Program-made: the position numbers and the translations under genes
From: Clostridium sp. CAG:508
GTDB lineage: Bacteria; Bacillota; Clostridia; TANB77; CAG-508
DNA: 64,000 bases
Assembly (NCBI GenBank): GCA_000435755.1
Contig: FR889109.1
Span: 88,731-152,730 of the forward strand
Reading direction: 5' to 3'
The notes under the pieces: model-generated
Databases searched by the model: none
Told to the model about the DNA's origin: nothing
Seen by the model: only the letters and a program-made list of their open reading frames with translations
In this document: piece after piece, positions 1 to 9,809 of the stretch
How the letters are laid out: the number at the start of each line of letters is the position of its first letter
How positions within the stretch are numbered: the stretch's first letter is position 1

Positions 1-1
1 A

Positions 2-154
2 ATAGCAAACCTGTTTGTAGATATGCCAATGCTAAAATCAGTACAAAGTGTAGCATTAAAAATTGAAAGTGAAGATAAAGGATTAACACAAGAGAAAAAT
101 AAAAGGCTTAGAAAACTGGTAGACAATAAATTAAAGCAAAGTGTTTCGCTATAA
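2..154 (+). CDS. 3' end of an unidentified protein (partial, enters from window edge)
   Basis: Open frame from the window edge to TAA at 152-154. No recognisable motif in the ~50 visible residues. Confidence 0.3.
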   Translation: MANLFVDMPMLKSVQSVALKIESEDKGLTQEKNKRLRKLVDNKLKQSVSL

Positions 155-157
155 ACC

Positions 158-186
158 TTGACATTTACATAAAAAAGCAATATTAT
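158..186 (+). promoter_or_regulatory. sigma-A type promoter for the epimerase gene
   Basis: TTGACA (158-163), 17-nt spacer, TATTAT (181-186). Confidence 0.55.
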
Positions 187-217
187 ATATATGGTAAAAA
201 TAAGAAAGGAGAGGCCT

Positions 218-1087
218 ATGTACACTCAAATGCTAACATCAAAAAAAGGTGGAGAACTTATAAGTTTTAAAGTAAACGGCGAAGAAAAAATACATCAAGG
301 CGAACAATGTATGGACGAAAACGGCAAAATATATTGGAAAAGACATTCACCTGTACTATTCCCAATAGTGGGAAAACTAAAGAAAAATCAAACACTAATT
401 GGTGGAAGAACTTATGAACTTATGCAACATGGTTTTGCAAGAGATTTAGACTTTGAACCAATTACTAAATTAGACCACTTTCATTCTTATGTTTTAAAAA
501 GTAATAAATATACCTTAACAAGGTATCCATATGAATTTGAATTATATAATACATATCGTACTGAGGAAAATAAATTAACTACAATATATAGAGTAGTAAA
601 TACAGGGTTAATAAATTTACCTTTTGGAATAGGTGGACATCCTGCATTTAAAATAGATGCTCAAGAGCTAAAAAAAGGAAATTACTATTTAGAATTTGAA
701 GAAGACGAAGAGAAAATTCACTTTTTATACTTGGTAGATGGACTAGTTGGAATAGACTATGCTAAAGATAGAATAGTAGATAAAAGAAAAATACTTATAG
801 ATTCACATACATTTGATAATGATGCTTTAATTATGAAAGGTATAACATCAAACAAAATAAGCTTAAAAAACAAAGAAACTGGCAAAACTTTATTAACTAT
901 GGATTTTACAGGCTTTCCATATTTAGCAATTTGGTCAAAACCAAATGCACCATTTATATGTATTGAACCATGGTATTCAACAGCAGATAGCGTAAAAAGT
1001 ACAGGAGTGTTTACACAAAAACAAGATATTATTTCGCTTAAACCAAATACTTTGTTTGAGTGCAAGTACACAGTAGAATTCTTTTAG
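218..1087 (+). CDS. aldose 1-epimerase family protein (LacX/galactose mutarotase-like)
   Basis: ORF 191-1087. The ATG at 218 follows AAGGAGAG and lies downstream of the predicted promoter. Mutarotase-like motifs are present (HSPVLFPIVG, GIGGHPAF, CIEPW). Confidence 0.8.
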   Translation: MYTQMLTSKKGGELISFKVNGEEKIHQGEQCMDENGKIYWKRHSPVLFPIVGKLKKNQTLIGGRTYELMQHGFARDLDFEPITKLDHFHSYVLKSNKYTLTRYPYEFELYNTYRTEENKLTTIYRVVNTGLINLPFGIGGHPAFKIDAQELKKGNYYLEFEEDEEKIHFLYLVDGLVGIDYAKDRIVDKRKILIDSHTFDNDALIMKGITSNKISLKNKETGKTLLTMDFTGFPYLAIWSKPNAPFICIEPWYSTADSVKSTGVFTQKQDIISLKPNTLFECKYTVEFF

Positions 1088-1096
1088 AGGTTAATT

Positions 1097-1288
1097 ATGG
1101 GAAAAGTAATTTTAATAATAATAGGACTAATAATAGCAACAATTGGAGTGATATGCATTTTTGATGCAAGAGTTATAACTAAAAAGATGTTTGGCTTTGG
1201 AGACCAAAACGAAGGCTCGACAGGGCTAAAAATATTAGGCTTTTTAGTGTCAATAACAGGTGCCTTAATCATATACTTTAATATATAA
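1097..1288 (+). CDS. small two-helix membrane protein, unknown function
   Basis: 63-aa ORF with an AGAGG SD and two hydrophobic segments. Confidence 0.45.
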   Translation: MGKVILIIIGLIIATIGVICIFDARVITKKMFGFGDQNEGSTGLKILGFLVSITGALIIYFNI

Positions 1289-1321
1289 ATATTACAATAA
1301 TATTACAAATCTAGAAAACTA

Positions 1322-1350
1322 TTGCAATTCTATAAAAAGTATAGTAATAT
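1322..1350 (+). promoter_or_regulatory. sigma-A type promoter of the pyrP-upp leader
   Basis: TTGCAA (1322-1327), 17 nt, TAATAT (1345-1350), with an A-rich upstream tract. Confidence 0.5.
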
Positions 1351-1371
1351 TTCTCGAAAGAGGTACAAAAA

Positions 1372-1479
1372 ATGACAAAGTTTTTAGGAAATAAATTGAA
1401 ACTAACAAAAGCAAAGCAAGTAATTGCTTTATTTATGATTTCTAATTTTCCTACTATAAATATTTTAGAAAAACACTAA
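1372..1479 (+). CDS. possible 35-codon leader ORF upstream of pyrP
   Basis: ATG at 1372 lies 9 nt after AAGAGG. The TAA at 1477-1479 sits inside the left arm of the leader terminator. No homology is claimed. Confidence 0.2.
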   Translation: MTKFLGNKLKLTKAKQVIALFMISNFPTINILEKH

Positions 1480-1504
1480 TAATACTATTAGTGTTTTTTA
1501 TTTG
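1471..1504 (+). terminator. intrinsic terminator/attenuator in the pyrP-upp leader
   Basis: Perfect 11-bp stem (AAACACTAATA, 1471-1481, with TATTAGTGTTT, 1486-1496), 4-nt loop, then a T-run. It lies 36 nt upstream of the pyrP start. Confidence 0.6.
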
Positions 1505-1539
1505 TGCTTTGTACCAAAAAATAAAAGGAGGAAATGTTT

Positions 1540-2880
1540 ATGAACGAAAGCAAAATGATTTTAGACGTAAATGAAAAGCCAACAATTGGCAAATGGATTA
1601 TTTTAGCAATCCAACATGTTTTTGCTATGTTTGGTGCAACAATTTTAGTGCCAATATTAGTAAATTCAGCAGCAGGAGAGACAGTAATTACAATTCCAGT
1701 AGCACTAGTAACTTCAGGAATAGGAACATTGATTTATATACTATGCACAAAAGGAAAATCACCAGTTTATTTAGGAAGCTCATTTGCATTTATAACACCA
1801 ATTGCAGCAGCCTTTTTGAAAGGTGGAACATCAGGAGCAATGACAGGAATTATGGCAGTAGGTTTAATTTATGTAATAGTAGCAACAATCATTCACTTTA
1901 CAGGAAAGGGATGGCTTGACAAACTATTACCACCAGTAGTTATTGGCCCAATGATTATGATTATAGGCTTAGGGTTAGCACCAAGTGCTATATCACAAAT
2001 AGGTTTAAGCTCAGGAACACCATTTGAATGGAAGGGCGTATTGGTTGCAGCAGTTTCATTCTTAGTAACGGCAATTGTAATGACTAAAGCAAAAGGATTT
2101 TTGAAAATAATTCCATTCTTAGTTGGAATTGTATCAGGTTACGTATTATCAATTTGCTTAGGATTAGTAGACTTTACTCAAGTAGCACAAGCAGGATTTT
2201 TCAGTATGCCAAATTTTGTATTGCCATTTAAAGATTATGCACTAAACTTTGGACCAGTGCTAACAATAGCGCCAATTGCACTTGTAACAATGGCAGAACA
2301 TATTGGAGACCACACAGCATTAAGTACAATTATAAATAAAGATTTATTAAAAAATCCTGGATTAGACAGAACTTTATTAGGAGATGGTATTGCTACATTT
2401 GTAGCAGGAGCATTAGGAGGACCTGCTAATACAACTTATGGAGAAAATACATCAGTAGTTGGAATGACAAAAATTGCATCAGTTTGGGTAATAGGTTTAG
2501 CAGCCATTTTAGCGATAGGACTTGGCTTCTTAGGTAAATTTACAGCAATAGTTTCAAGTATCCCACAACCAGTATTAGGAGGAGTTTCACTACTTTTATA
2601 CGGATTTATTGCAGTAAATGGTTTAAAGGTACTTATTCAAAAACAAATAGATTTTGAAGATCCTAAAAATGTAGTAGTTGCTTCAACAATGTTGGTGTTA
2701 GGCTTAGGAGGAGCAGCAATATCAATAGTAAATGGAGATTTTTCACTTACTATTTCAGGAATGAGCTTAGCAGCAGTAATTGGAATATTGTTAAATCTTT
2801 GTATACCAAACAATAAACCAGAAAAGAAAAAATTAAATCCAGCAGAAACAAAAGAAGAAAAAGAAACAGTAGAAGTATAA
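1540..2880 (+). CDS. pyrP: uracil permease (NCS2 uracil/xanthine permease family)
   Basis: ORF 1534-2880. The ATG at 1540 has correct spacing from AAGGAGG (1525-1531). It is a polytopic membrane protein with NCS2 motifs and is adjacent to upp. Confidence 0.9.
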   Translation: MNESKMILDVNEKPTIGKWIILAIQHVFAMFGATILVPILVNSAAGETVITIPVALVTSGIGTLIYILCTKGKSPVYLGSSFAFITPIAAAFLKGGTSGAMTGIMAVGLIYVIVATIIHFTGKGWLDKLLPPVVIGPMIMIIGLGLAPSAISQIGLSSGTPFEWKGVLVAAVSFLVTAIVMTKAKGFLKIIPFLVGIVSGYVLSICLGLVDFTQVAQAGFFSMPNFVLPFKDYALNFGPVLTIAPIALVTMAEHIGDHTALSTIINKDLLKNPGLDRTLLGDGIATFVAGALGGPANTTYGENTSVVGMTKIASVWVIGLAAILAIGLGFLGKFTAIVSSIPQPVLGGVSLLLYGFIAVNGLKVLIQKQIDFEDPKNVVVASTMLVLGLGGAAISIVNGDFSLTISGMSLAAVIGILLNLCIPNNKPEKKKLNPAETKEEKETVEV

Positions 2881-2895
2881 GAAAGGAAGTTAAAT

Positions 2896-3522
2896 ATGGA
2901 AGTAAAAGAATTGAAACATCCGCTAATTGAACATAAATTAGCAATATTAAGAGATAAAAAAACAGGAACAAAAGAATTTAGAGAGCTAGTTAGTGAAATA
3001 GCAATGTTTTTATGCTATGAAGCAATGGAAGAGGCAGACTTAGAAGAAGTAGAAATTGAAACACCAATTACCAAATTTAAAACAGGAAAATTAAATGAAG
3101 ATAAATATGCCTTTGTTCCAATTTTAAGAGCAGGAATGGGAATGTTAGAAGGAATAACTAGAGTAATACCAAATGCCAAAATTGGACATATAGGAATGTA
3201 TAGAGATGAAGAAACATTCGAACCAGTAAATTATTTCTTTAAAGTACCAAAACATATTGAAGAAAAAGAAGTAATTATATTAGATCCAATGCTTGCAACA
3301 GGTGGTTCAGCAGTAGATGCAATAGAACTACTAAAAAGCAAAGGAGTTACAAAGATGAAATTCTTATGTATAATTGCAGCACCAGAAGGACTTGCAAGAG
3401 TACAAAAAGAGCATCCAGATGTTCAAATATATTGTGCACATATAGATGACCATTTAAATGAAAACAAATATATAGTACCAGGTTTAGGAGATGCAGGAGA
3501 TAGAATTTTCGGAACAAAATAA
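2896..3522 (+). CDS. upp: uracil phosphoribosyltransferase
   Basis: 208 aa with a PRPP-binding loop ([11 protein letters not shown]) and the C-terminal [16 protein letters not shown] motif. Confidence 0.95.
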   Translation: MEVKELKHPLIEHKLAILRDKKTGTKEFRELVSEIAMFLCYEAMEEADLEEVEIETPITKFKTGKLNEDKYAFVPILRAGMGMLEGITRVIPNAKIGHIGMYRDEETFEPVNYFFKVPKHIEEKEVIILDPMLATGGSAVDAIELLKSKGVTKMKFLCIIAAPEGLARVQKEHPDVQIYCAHIDDHLNENKYIVPGLGDAGDRIFGTK

Positions 3523-3540
3523 ATAACTTTAGGTGCCTTT

Positions 3541-3579
3541 GGGGACGGTGTCAAAAATCACCTTTTTGATTCTGTCCCC
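3541..3579 (+). terminator. hairpin downstream of upp (member of the TCAAAANTCACCTTTTT repeat family)
   Basis: GGGGAC (3541-3546) pairs with GTCCCC (3574-3579). There is an inner TCAAAAA/TTTTTGA stem around TCACC. Confidence 0.45.
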
Positions 3580-3681
3580 AAAAACATTTTGAAATTATTG
3601 TATATTTTTTGTGAATTTGTTGAATTAAATATTTATTAAATATATAATACTCATATAATAACCGTGAAAGGAGAAAATATA

Positions 3682-4518
3682 ATGAAAATTACAAAAGTAG
3701 AAGGATTAGCTAATATTGCAAATGACATTAGAATAGAAATTATAGAACAAGTATATAACGCAAATTCAGGGCATCCAGGAGGCTCACTTTCTTGTGCAGA
3801 TATTTTAGCTGTTTTATACTTTAACCAAATGAATATAGATTCAGAAAATCCAAATGCAAAAGGAAGAGACAGGTTTGTATTATCAAAAGGACACTGTGCA
3901 CCAGCATTATATGCAACACTTGCAAGAAAAGGATATTTTGACAAAGAGCTTTTAAAAGGCTTTAGAAAGGTAGAGAGCAATTTACAAGGACATCCTGATA
4001 TGAAAAAGGTTCCTGGTGTTGATATGTCAACAGGTTCACTAGGACAAGGATTATCAGCAGCGGTGGGAATGGCAATTGGTTCAAAGATGGAACATGAGGG
4101 ATACAGAGTATATTGTCTACTTGGAGATGGAGAACTCGAAGAAGGACAAGTATGGGAAGCAGCAATGTCTGCAAGTAAAAATAAATTAGATAATTTGTGT
4201 GCAATTGTAGATTATAATACATTACAAATTGATGGAAATGTAGAAGAAGTAGCAGGATTAATTGATATAAAAGAAAAGTTTGAAAGCTTTGGATTTAATG
4301 TTATTGAAGTAAATGGACATGATATAGAAGCTTTGATACATGCTTTTAATAGTGCTAAACATCAAAAAGATATGCCTAGTGTAATTATTGCTCGTACGAT
4401 TAAAGGCAAAGGAGTTTCTTTTATGGAAGGAAAGGCAGAGTGGCATGGCAAAGCTCCGAATCAAGAGCAATATGAAGAGGCTATAAATGAGCTTAAGCTT
4501 CAACATATTATAGGTTAA
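3682..4518 (+). CDS. transketolase, N-terminal subunit (split tkt)
   Basis: ORF 3664-4518. The ATG at 3682 follows AAGGAG. TPP-binding motifs are present (SGHPGGSLS, GDGELEEGQVWEA). Confidence 0.9.
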   Translation: MKITKVEGLANIANDIRIEIIEQVYNANSGHPGGSLSCADILAVLYFNQMNIDSENPNAKGRDRFVLSKGHCAPALYATLARKGYFDKELLKGFRKVESNLQGHPDMKKVPGVDMSTGSLGQGLSAAVGMAIGSKMEHEGYRVYCLLGDGELEEGQVWEAAMSASKNKLDNLCAIVDYNTLQIDGNVEEVAGLIDIKEKFESFGFNVIEVNGHDIEALIHAFNSAKHQKDMPSVIIARTIKGKGVSFMEGKAEWHGKAPNQEQYEEAINELKLQHIIG

Positions 4519-4576
4519 TTTGAAATATAATCAGCATCTTGCTTCGTTGAGGTGTATTTTATATAAAAGGAGAAAT

Positions 4577-5512
4577 ATGAATATGGATTTAGATAATAAG
4601 ATTGCTACTCGTGAGAGTTTTGGAAAGGCTCTTGTGGAGTTAGGTAAGGGAAATGAAAATGTAGTTGTTTTAACAGCAGATTTGGCTGGAGCAACAAAAA
4701 CTAGTCTTTTTGAAAAAGAATTTCCAGATAGATTTATAAATGTAGGAATTGCAGAACAAAATATGATAGGAATATCAGCAGGACTAGCAACTACTGGTAA
4801 AATTCCGTTTGCTAGTACATTTGCAATGTTTGCAGCAGGAAGAGCATATGATCAAATTAGAAATAGTGTTGCTTATCCAAAACTTAATGTAAAAATTTGT
4901 GGAACACATGCTGGAGTTACAGTTGGAGAAGATGGAGCAACACATCAAATGTTAGAAGATTTAAGCTTAATGAGAAGTATTCCAAATATGACTGTGCTAT
5001 GTACTTCAGATGATGTACAAACTAAATGGGCTATAAAAGAAATGGCAAAAATTGATGGACCAGTATATATTCGCTTGGCAAGAGTTGCAACACCAGTTAT
5101 ATATGATGAAAATCAAAAGTTTGAAATAGGAAAAATGGTACAAATAGGAGATGGAACAGATGCTACTGTATTTGCAACAGGTGTTGAAGTAGCAGAAGCA
5201 TTAAAAGCCAAAGAGGAACTTGAAAAGGAGAATATAAATATTCGTGTGGTTGATGTACATACAATAAAACCAATTGATAGAGAAATGATAATAAAATGTG
5301 CTAAAGAAACTAAAAAGCTAATTACTATTGAAGATCATAGTGTAATTGGAGGACTAGGCACAGCGGTTTGTGAGGTATTATCAGAAGAGCATCCAACAAA
5401 AGTAGTAAGAATGGGAATGCAAGATAAGTTTGGAAAATCAGGAAAAGCAGAACAACTATTAAAATATTTTAAATTAGATAGTCAAGCAATTATTGAAGAA
5501 ATAAAGGGATAA
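4577..5512 (+). CDS. transketolase, C-terminal subunit (split tkt)
   Basis: ORF 4520-5512. The ATG at 4577 follows AAGGAG. The pyrimidine-binding domain motif FINVGIAEQNMIG is present. Confidence 0.9.
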   Translation: MNMDLDNKIATRESFGKALVELGKGNENVVVLTADLAGATKTSLFEKEFPDRFINVGIAEQNMIGISAGLATTGKIPFASTFAMFAAGRAYDQIRNSVAYPKLNVKICGTHAGVTVGEDGATHQMLEDLSLMRSIPNMTVLCTSDDVQTKWAIKEMAKIDGPVYIRLARVATPVIYDENQKFEIGKMVQIGDGTDATVFATGVEVAEALKAKEELEKENINIRVVDVHTIKPIDREMIIKCAKETKKLITIEDHSVIGGLGTAVCEVLSEEHPTKVVRMGMQDKFGKSGKAEQLLKYFKLDSQAIIEEIKG

Positions 5513-5622
5513 TAAAACAAAAGGGGAAAAGTATCATTTGTATATCCTTTAATATCGGTATTTTTTGAATAAAATAATTGTGAATTTTTTGTGAATTTTT
5601 GTAAAAACAAGAAATAAAGAGA

Positions 5623-5668
5623 AAAGCAGAATAATTGCTTATTTAAGGCGAATTTATTCTGCTTTTTT
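5623..5668 (+). terminator. intrinsic terminator after tkt
   Basis: AAAGCAGAATAA (5623-5634) pairs with TTATTCTGCTTT (5654-5665), followed by a T-run. Confidence 0.6.
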
Positions 5669-5681
5669 CCAAAAAAAACTA

Positions 5682-5710
5682 TTGCAATTATTGTATTTTA
5701 TTGTTATGAT
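5682..5710 (+). promoter_or_regulatory. sigma-A type promoter of ftsEX
   Basis: TTGCAA (5682-5687), 17 nt, TATGAT (5705-5710), preceded by TGT (extended -10). Confidence 0.55.
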
Positions 5711-5759
5711 AAAGGGGAATAAGAAAAAAGATGTCTAATCTTAGTTAGGAGTTATTCAA

Positions 5760-6446
5760 ATGATAGAATTTAGAAATGTCAGCAAGACTTATGACACTGG
5801 AACAGAGGCTGTGCATAATGCAAACTTTGTAATAGAAAAGGGAGATTTTGCATTTTTAGTAGGAAGCTCTGGCTCAGGAAAATCAACACTAATTAAATTA
5901 ATATTAAAAGAAGAAGAACCAACAAAAGGAAATATTATTATAAATGGAAAAGATACCACTTTTCTAAAACCAAAAAGAATACCATTTTTAAGAAGAAGTA
6001 TGGGAGTAGTGTTCCAAGACTTTAGACTTTTACCAGACAGAACAGTATATGATAATGTTGCATATGCTATGTATATTGTAAGAGCAACGCCAAGACATAT
6101 TAGAAGACAAGTTCCTATGATATTATCATTGGTAGGTCTAAGCAATAAAGCTAAAATGTACCCAAATGAATTATCAGGTGGAGAGCAACAAAGAGTAGCT
6201 TTAGCACGTGCTCTAGTAAATAACCCATCTATGTTAATTGCAGATGAACCTACAGGAAACCTAGACCCTGAAACAGCATGGGAAATTATGTCTTTACTAG
6301 AAGATATAAATAAAAGAGGAACAACTGTAGTAGTAGCAACACATGCAAGAGATATTGTAGACAAGATGAAAAAAAGAGTTATACAAATTGAAGAAGGCAA
6401 TATCGTAAGAGATGATAGAAGGGGTGGATATAGCAGTGAGATATAG
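5760..6446 (+). CDS. ftsE: cell division ATP-binding protein FtsE
   Basis: Walker A (GSSGSGKST), ABC signature (LSGGEQQR) and Walker B (LIADEPTG). It is immediately followed by ftsX. Confidence 0.92.
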   Translation: MIEFRNVSKTYDTGTEAVHNANFVIEKGDFAFLVGSSGSGKSTLIKLILKEEEPTKGNIIINGKDTTFLKPKRIPFLRRSMGVVFQDFRLLPDRTVYDNVAYAMYIVRATPRHIRRQVPMILSLVGLSNKAKMYPNELSGGEQQRVALARALVNNPSMLIADEPTGNLDPETAWEIMSLLEDINKRGTTVVVATHARDIVDKMKKRVIQIEEGNIVRDDRRGGYSSEI

Positions 6447-7338
6447 TATTTTTGGTTATTTAATAGGAGAAGGTTTTAGAAACGTATTTAAAAATAAAAA
6501 ATCCACAATAGCATCTTTAGTTATTATGTGTGCTACAATGTTCGTTTTTGGAATATTCTTTGCAGTTAGTCAAAATGTAAATCATATTACAAAAACTATT
6601 GAAGAGCAACAAGGAATGGAAGTATTTATTTTAGATGAAGCAACTGCAGAACAAAAAGAAGAACTAAAAAATAAAATAAGAAGTAATCAGTATGTAAATA
6701 CAATAACTGAAAAATCAAAAGAAGATGCATTAGAAGAAATGAAGGGAATGTTTAAAGATAGAAAGTCATTATGGGATACCTATGATGGAGAAAACAACCC
6801 ATTTAAAGCATCGTTTATTGTAACATTAACTGACCTAACTAAGGCAGACGAGGTAAGAACGGAAATAGAAAGCTCAAGCATAATATCAAGTGTAGAAATC
6901 AAATCAGATACAATAAATGCTTTAATAAAAATAGCAGATGGAATAAATATAATTACAACAATTATTTTAGTTATATTAGTATTTATTTCAATATTTATCA
7001 TAACAAATACAATTAAACTTACAGTACATGCAAGAAGAAAAGAAATTTCTATTATGAAATATGTTGGAGCTACTAATGGTTTTATTAGATGGCCATTTAT
7101 GGTAGAAGGTATGTTAATAGGACTAATATCAGTTCTAATTTCATTATTAATTTTAGCATTTTCATACAATGCAGTAATTACGCAAATAGAGCAATCATTA
7201 ATAAATAACAGACTAAATATACCATTACTAACTTTCCCAGAATTGTTCCAAACTTTATTAATAGTATACTTAGTATTAGGCATTGGAATAGGAGCTCTAG
7301 GAAGTGCAATTTCAATGAAAAAATATTTAGAGGTATAA
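6436..7338 (+). CDS. ftsX: cell division permease-like protein FtsX
   Basis: ORF 6412-7338. The GTG at 6436 has an AGGGGTGGA SD 7 nt upstream and overlaps the ftsE stop. It has four TM segments with a large first extracellular loop. The start is uncertain by about 8 codons. Confidence 0.85.
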   Translation: MRYSIFGYLIGEGFRNVFKNKKSTIASLVIMCATMFVFGIFFAVSQNVNHITKTIEEQQGMEVFILDEATAEQKEELKNKIRSNQYVNTITEKSKEDALEEMKGMFKDRKSLWDTYDGENNPFKASFIVTLTDLTKADEVRTEIESSSIISSVEIKSDTINALIKIADGINIITTIILVILVFISIFIITNTIKLTVHARRKEISIMKYVGATNGFIRWPFMVEGMLIGLISVLISLLILAFSYNAVITQIEQSLINNRLNIPLLTFPELFQTLLIVYLVLGIGIGALGSAISMKKYLEV

Positions 7339-7350
7339 GGGAGAAAAAAT

Positions 7351-8502
7351 ATGAGAAAAAAGATTATATCTATTTTATTAATATTAATTCTGTTGCAAAT
7401 GACTTGTGTTAGTGTATTTGCAACTACACGATCAGACTTAAATAATGCAAAAAACAATTTGAGTACAGCAACAAAAAATAAAAAAGCAGTTACAGCTGAA
7501 AAAGAAACAATTTTGAATGAAATTGATGATTTGGAAGATGAAATTGCTGGTTACCAGGCTGAAATCACAGAATTAAATTCTAAAATAACTAAGATGGAGA
7601 AAAACATAAAAGAAAAAAATAAAGAAATTGAAAAGCTACAAGAAGAATATGAAGAAAAAAAACAATTACTAGCAGATAGATTAGTTGCAATATATGAACA
7701 AGGAAGAATAACTTTTTTAGATGTTCTATTGGCATCAGATAATATATGGGATTATATATCTATGAGCTCAAAGGTTCAACAATTAACAGATGCAGATAAT
7801 GAGCAAATGGATAAAGTTGAGGCTCAAAAAAATGAAGTGGAAAGAGCCAAAAAAGCATTAGAAAAAGAAAAGAAAGAATTAGCAGAAAGCAAAAAGTCAG
7901 TACAAGATAAACAAGCAAAAGTTAAAGTTGCAAAGGACAAAAAAGAAGCTAAAGTAGCAAATTTAACCGCTGAACAGAAGAAATTGCAAACTCAAATTAA
8001 TAACTATAATAAAGAAATTCAAAAATTAGAGGAAGAATTAGCTAAAGCGGCTAACGATTATAACAATTCATATACAGGAAAATTTGTGGGAACATTAAGT
8101 TGGCCACTATCAAAATCATCACCAGGTTATAAAACTATTACATCATATTATGGCAATAGACAAGTACCAATTGCAGGAGCAACATCAAATCATAGAGCAA
8201 TAGACATTGGTGTACCTACAGGAACTCCAGTATTGTCAGCAGGTAATGGAATTGTAATTTCAACAGGATATAATAGTGCAAGAGGATACTTTGTAATAAT
8301 CAAACATGCAGATAATTTATATACTTTGTATCAACATTTAAGTAAGATATTAGTATCAAGGGGACAAGCTGTTTCAACAGGAAAGACGATAGCTAAGAGT
8401 GGAAGTTCTGGTATAGGAACAGGACCACACTTGCATTTTGAAGTTCGTAAGAGTCAATATTATGGTAGTGAAGTTAACCCTCTTGACTATTGCCACTGGT
8501 AA
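7351..8502 (+). CDS. coiled-coil M23 (LytM) peptidoglycan endopeptidase, paralog 1
   Basis: Signal/TM segment, about 230 aa of heptad-rich E/K sequence, and a C-terminal M23 domain with HRAID (HxxxD) and HLH (HxH). Confidence 0.88.
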   Translation: MRKKIISILLILILLQMTCVSVFATTRSDLNNAKNNLSTATKNKKAVTAEKETILNEIDDLEDEIAGYQAEITELNSKITKMEKNIKEKNKEIEKLQEEYEEKKQLLADRLVAIYEQGRITFLDVLLASDNIWDYISMSSKVQQLTDADNEQMDKVEAQKNEVERAKKALEKEKKELAESKKSVQDKQAKVKVAKDKKEAKVANLTAEQKKLQTQINNYNKEIQKLEEELAKAANDYNNSYTGKFVGTLSWPLSKSSPGYKTITSYYGNRQVPIAGATSNHRAIDIGVPTGTPVLSAGNGIVISTGYNSARGYFVIIKHADNLYTLYQHLSKILVSRGQAVSTGKTIAKSGSSGIGTGPHLHFEVRKSQYYGSEVNPLDYCHW

Positions 8503-8539
8503 AAAATAAATAGATAATTAGAGAAAGGAGAATGCGTAA

Positions 8540-9745
8540 ATGAAAGTTAACAAGTTTATAAGTATTCTCCTTATTTTTGTTTTTATAGTTAATATATCAA
8601 TGTATTCATTAGCGACGAATGAAACTAACATACAAAATCAAGAAAATGAAATAGATATGAATACAGATAATATTAAAGAATTAGACAACAAGAGAAATGA
8701 AATAAAAGAACAATTAGATGCAACAAATATTGAATTAGAGTATGTACAAACAGAAATATCAGGCACATTAATAAAAATTCAAGAATTAGATGATAAGATA
8801 AGAAAATATGAAAGTGAGAATAAAGAGCTAGCTAGTAAATTAGAAAATCTAGAGACATCGGTAAAGGAAACAACACAGAAGCTAGATGAAGTGACAAAAG
8901 ATTATGAACAAAAAGAAAAACAATTAAGAAATAGATTAGTGGCTCTATATGAGGCTGGACCTATACTATATATAGATGTTTTGTTATCTTCAAAAACACT
9001 ATCAGATTTCATATCAAGATATTATAAAATACTAGAAATTATGGAATATGATAATAAGCTAATTGAAACAGTAGAGCAAGAAAAAAAAGAGATAGAATTA
9101 TCTAAACAAAAATTAGATAAAGAAACCGAAGAATATAGAACTTTAAAATTAAAAGCAGAACAGTCAGAAGTAATATGTAAAAATACAAAAACTTTGCAAG
9201 AAGCTTATATGACAAAGTTATCAAAAAATGAAAAAAAATTAAATGAAAAAATAACAAAATATAAAACAGAAACAATACAAATAGAAACAAGAATTAGAGA
9301 AATAAGCATGGCGAATGGAGATTATTCTATTCAATATACTGGTGGAATTATGATTTGGCCAGTTGCAAAATCTGGAACAGTAATAACATCAGACTATGGC
9401 ACAAGGCAACATCCAATTCAAGGTGTTACTAATTTCCATTTAGGAATAGATATAGGAAATGCTTATTATGGAACTCCGGCAGTTGCAGCTTTAGGAGGAG
9501 TGGTTACATATGCAGGAGAATTAGGCTCTTATGGAAATTGTGTTATAATACAACATGGAGACGGAATATCTACATTGTATGGACATGGACAAAAAGTTTT
9601 AACTCAAATTGGAGCACAAGTACAGCAAGGAGATGTAATAATGGAAATAGGTTCAACAGGTAATTCAACTGGACCACACTTACACTTTGAAGTTAGAATA
9701 AATGGAGCAACAGTTGATCCATTAAATTATGTAAAAGCACCGTAA
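8540..9745 (+). CDS. coiled-coil M23 (LytM) peptidoglycan endopeptidase, paralog 2
   Basis: Same architecture as 7351-8502. The M23 motifs HLGID and HLH are intact. Confidence 0.88.
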   Translation: MKVNKFISILLIFVFIVNISMYSLATNETNIQNQENEIDMNTDNIKELDNKRNEIKEQLDATNIELEYVQTEISGTLIKIQELDDKIRKYESENKELASKLENLETSVKETTQKLDEVTKDYEQKEKQLRNRLVALYEAGPILYIDVLLSSKTLSDFISRYYKILEIMEYDNKLIETVEQEKKEIELSKQKLDKETEEYRTLKLKAEQSEVICKNTKTLQEAYMTKLSKNEKKLNEKITKYKTETIQIETRIREISMANGDYSIQYTGGIMIWPVAKSGTVITSDYGTRQHPIQGVTNFHLGIDIGNAYYGTPAVAALGGVVTYAGELGSYGNCVIIQHGDGISTLYGHGQKVLTQIGAQVQQGDVIMEIGSTGNSTGPHLHFEVRINGATVDPLNYVKAP

Positions 9746-9809
9746 ATAATAATATTTATAAAATTTATAAATATAATATACAGATAGATTTAGAGAGGAA
9801 TTTAATAAA

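Noticed and set aside
1351-1366. TTCTCGAAAGAGGTAC as a PyrR binding loop (resembles the CCAGAGAGG core).
   Set aside because: It has two mismatches to the core as I remember it. The predicted TSS falls within or next to the element. It cannot be supported without a covariance-model scan.
1593-1919. 108-aa same-strand ORF out of frame inside pyrP.
   Set aside because: It is embedded in the uracil permease reading frame, has no SD, and its sequence is compositionally odd (N/S/R-rich).
3775-3780. Idea that the two C insertions reflect systematic errors at every CCNGG(A) site, for example a methylated motif.
   Set aside because: Intact in-frame CCAGGA (3775-3780 in tkt) and CCAGG (3478-3482 in upp) occur elsewhere in the window. 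Any error cannot affect all such sites. The shared context is still reported as a finding to test.
5789-6400. Long ORFs lying antisense to confidently identified genes. Examples: 5789-6400, 6780-7457, 10097-10645, 13940-14626, 17166-17732, 26592-27107, 43681-44313, 56703-57281, 60052-60378, 62777-63034 (the last lies on the + strand, antisense to asd).
   Set aside because: Each lies wholly within a gene whose product has clear family motifs. None has an SD, and the translations are low-complexity and rich in S, F, I and L. They are typical shadow frames of AT-rich coding DNA.
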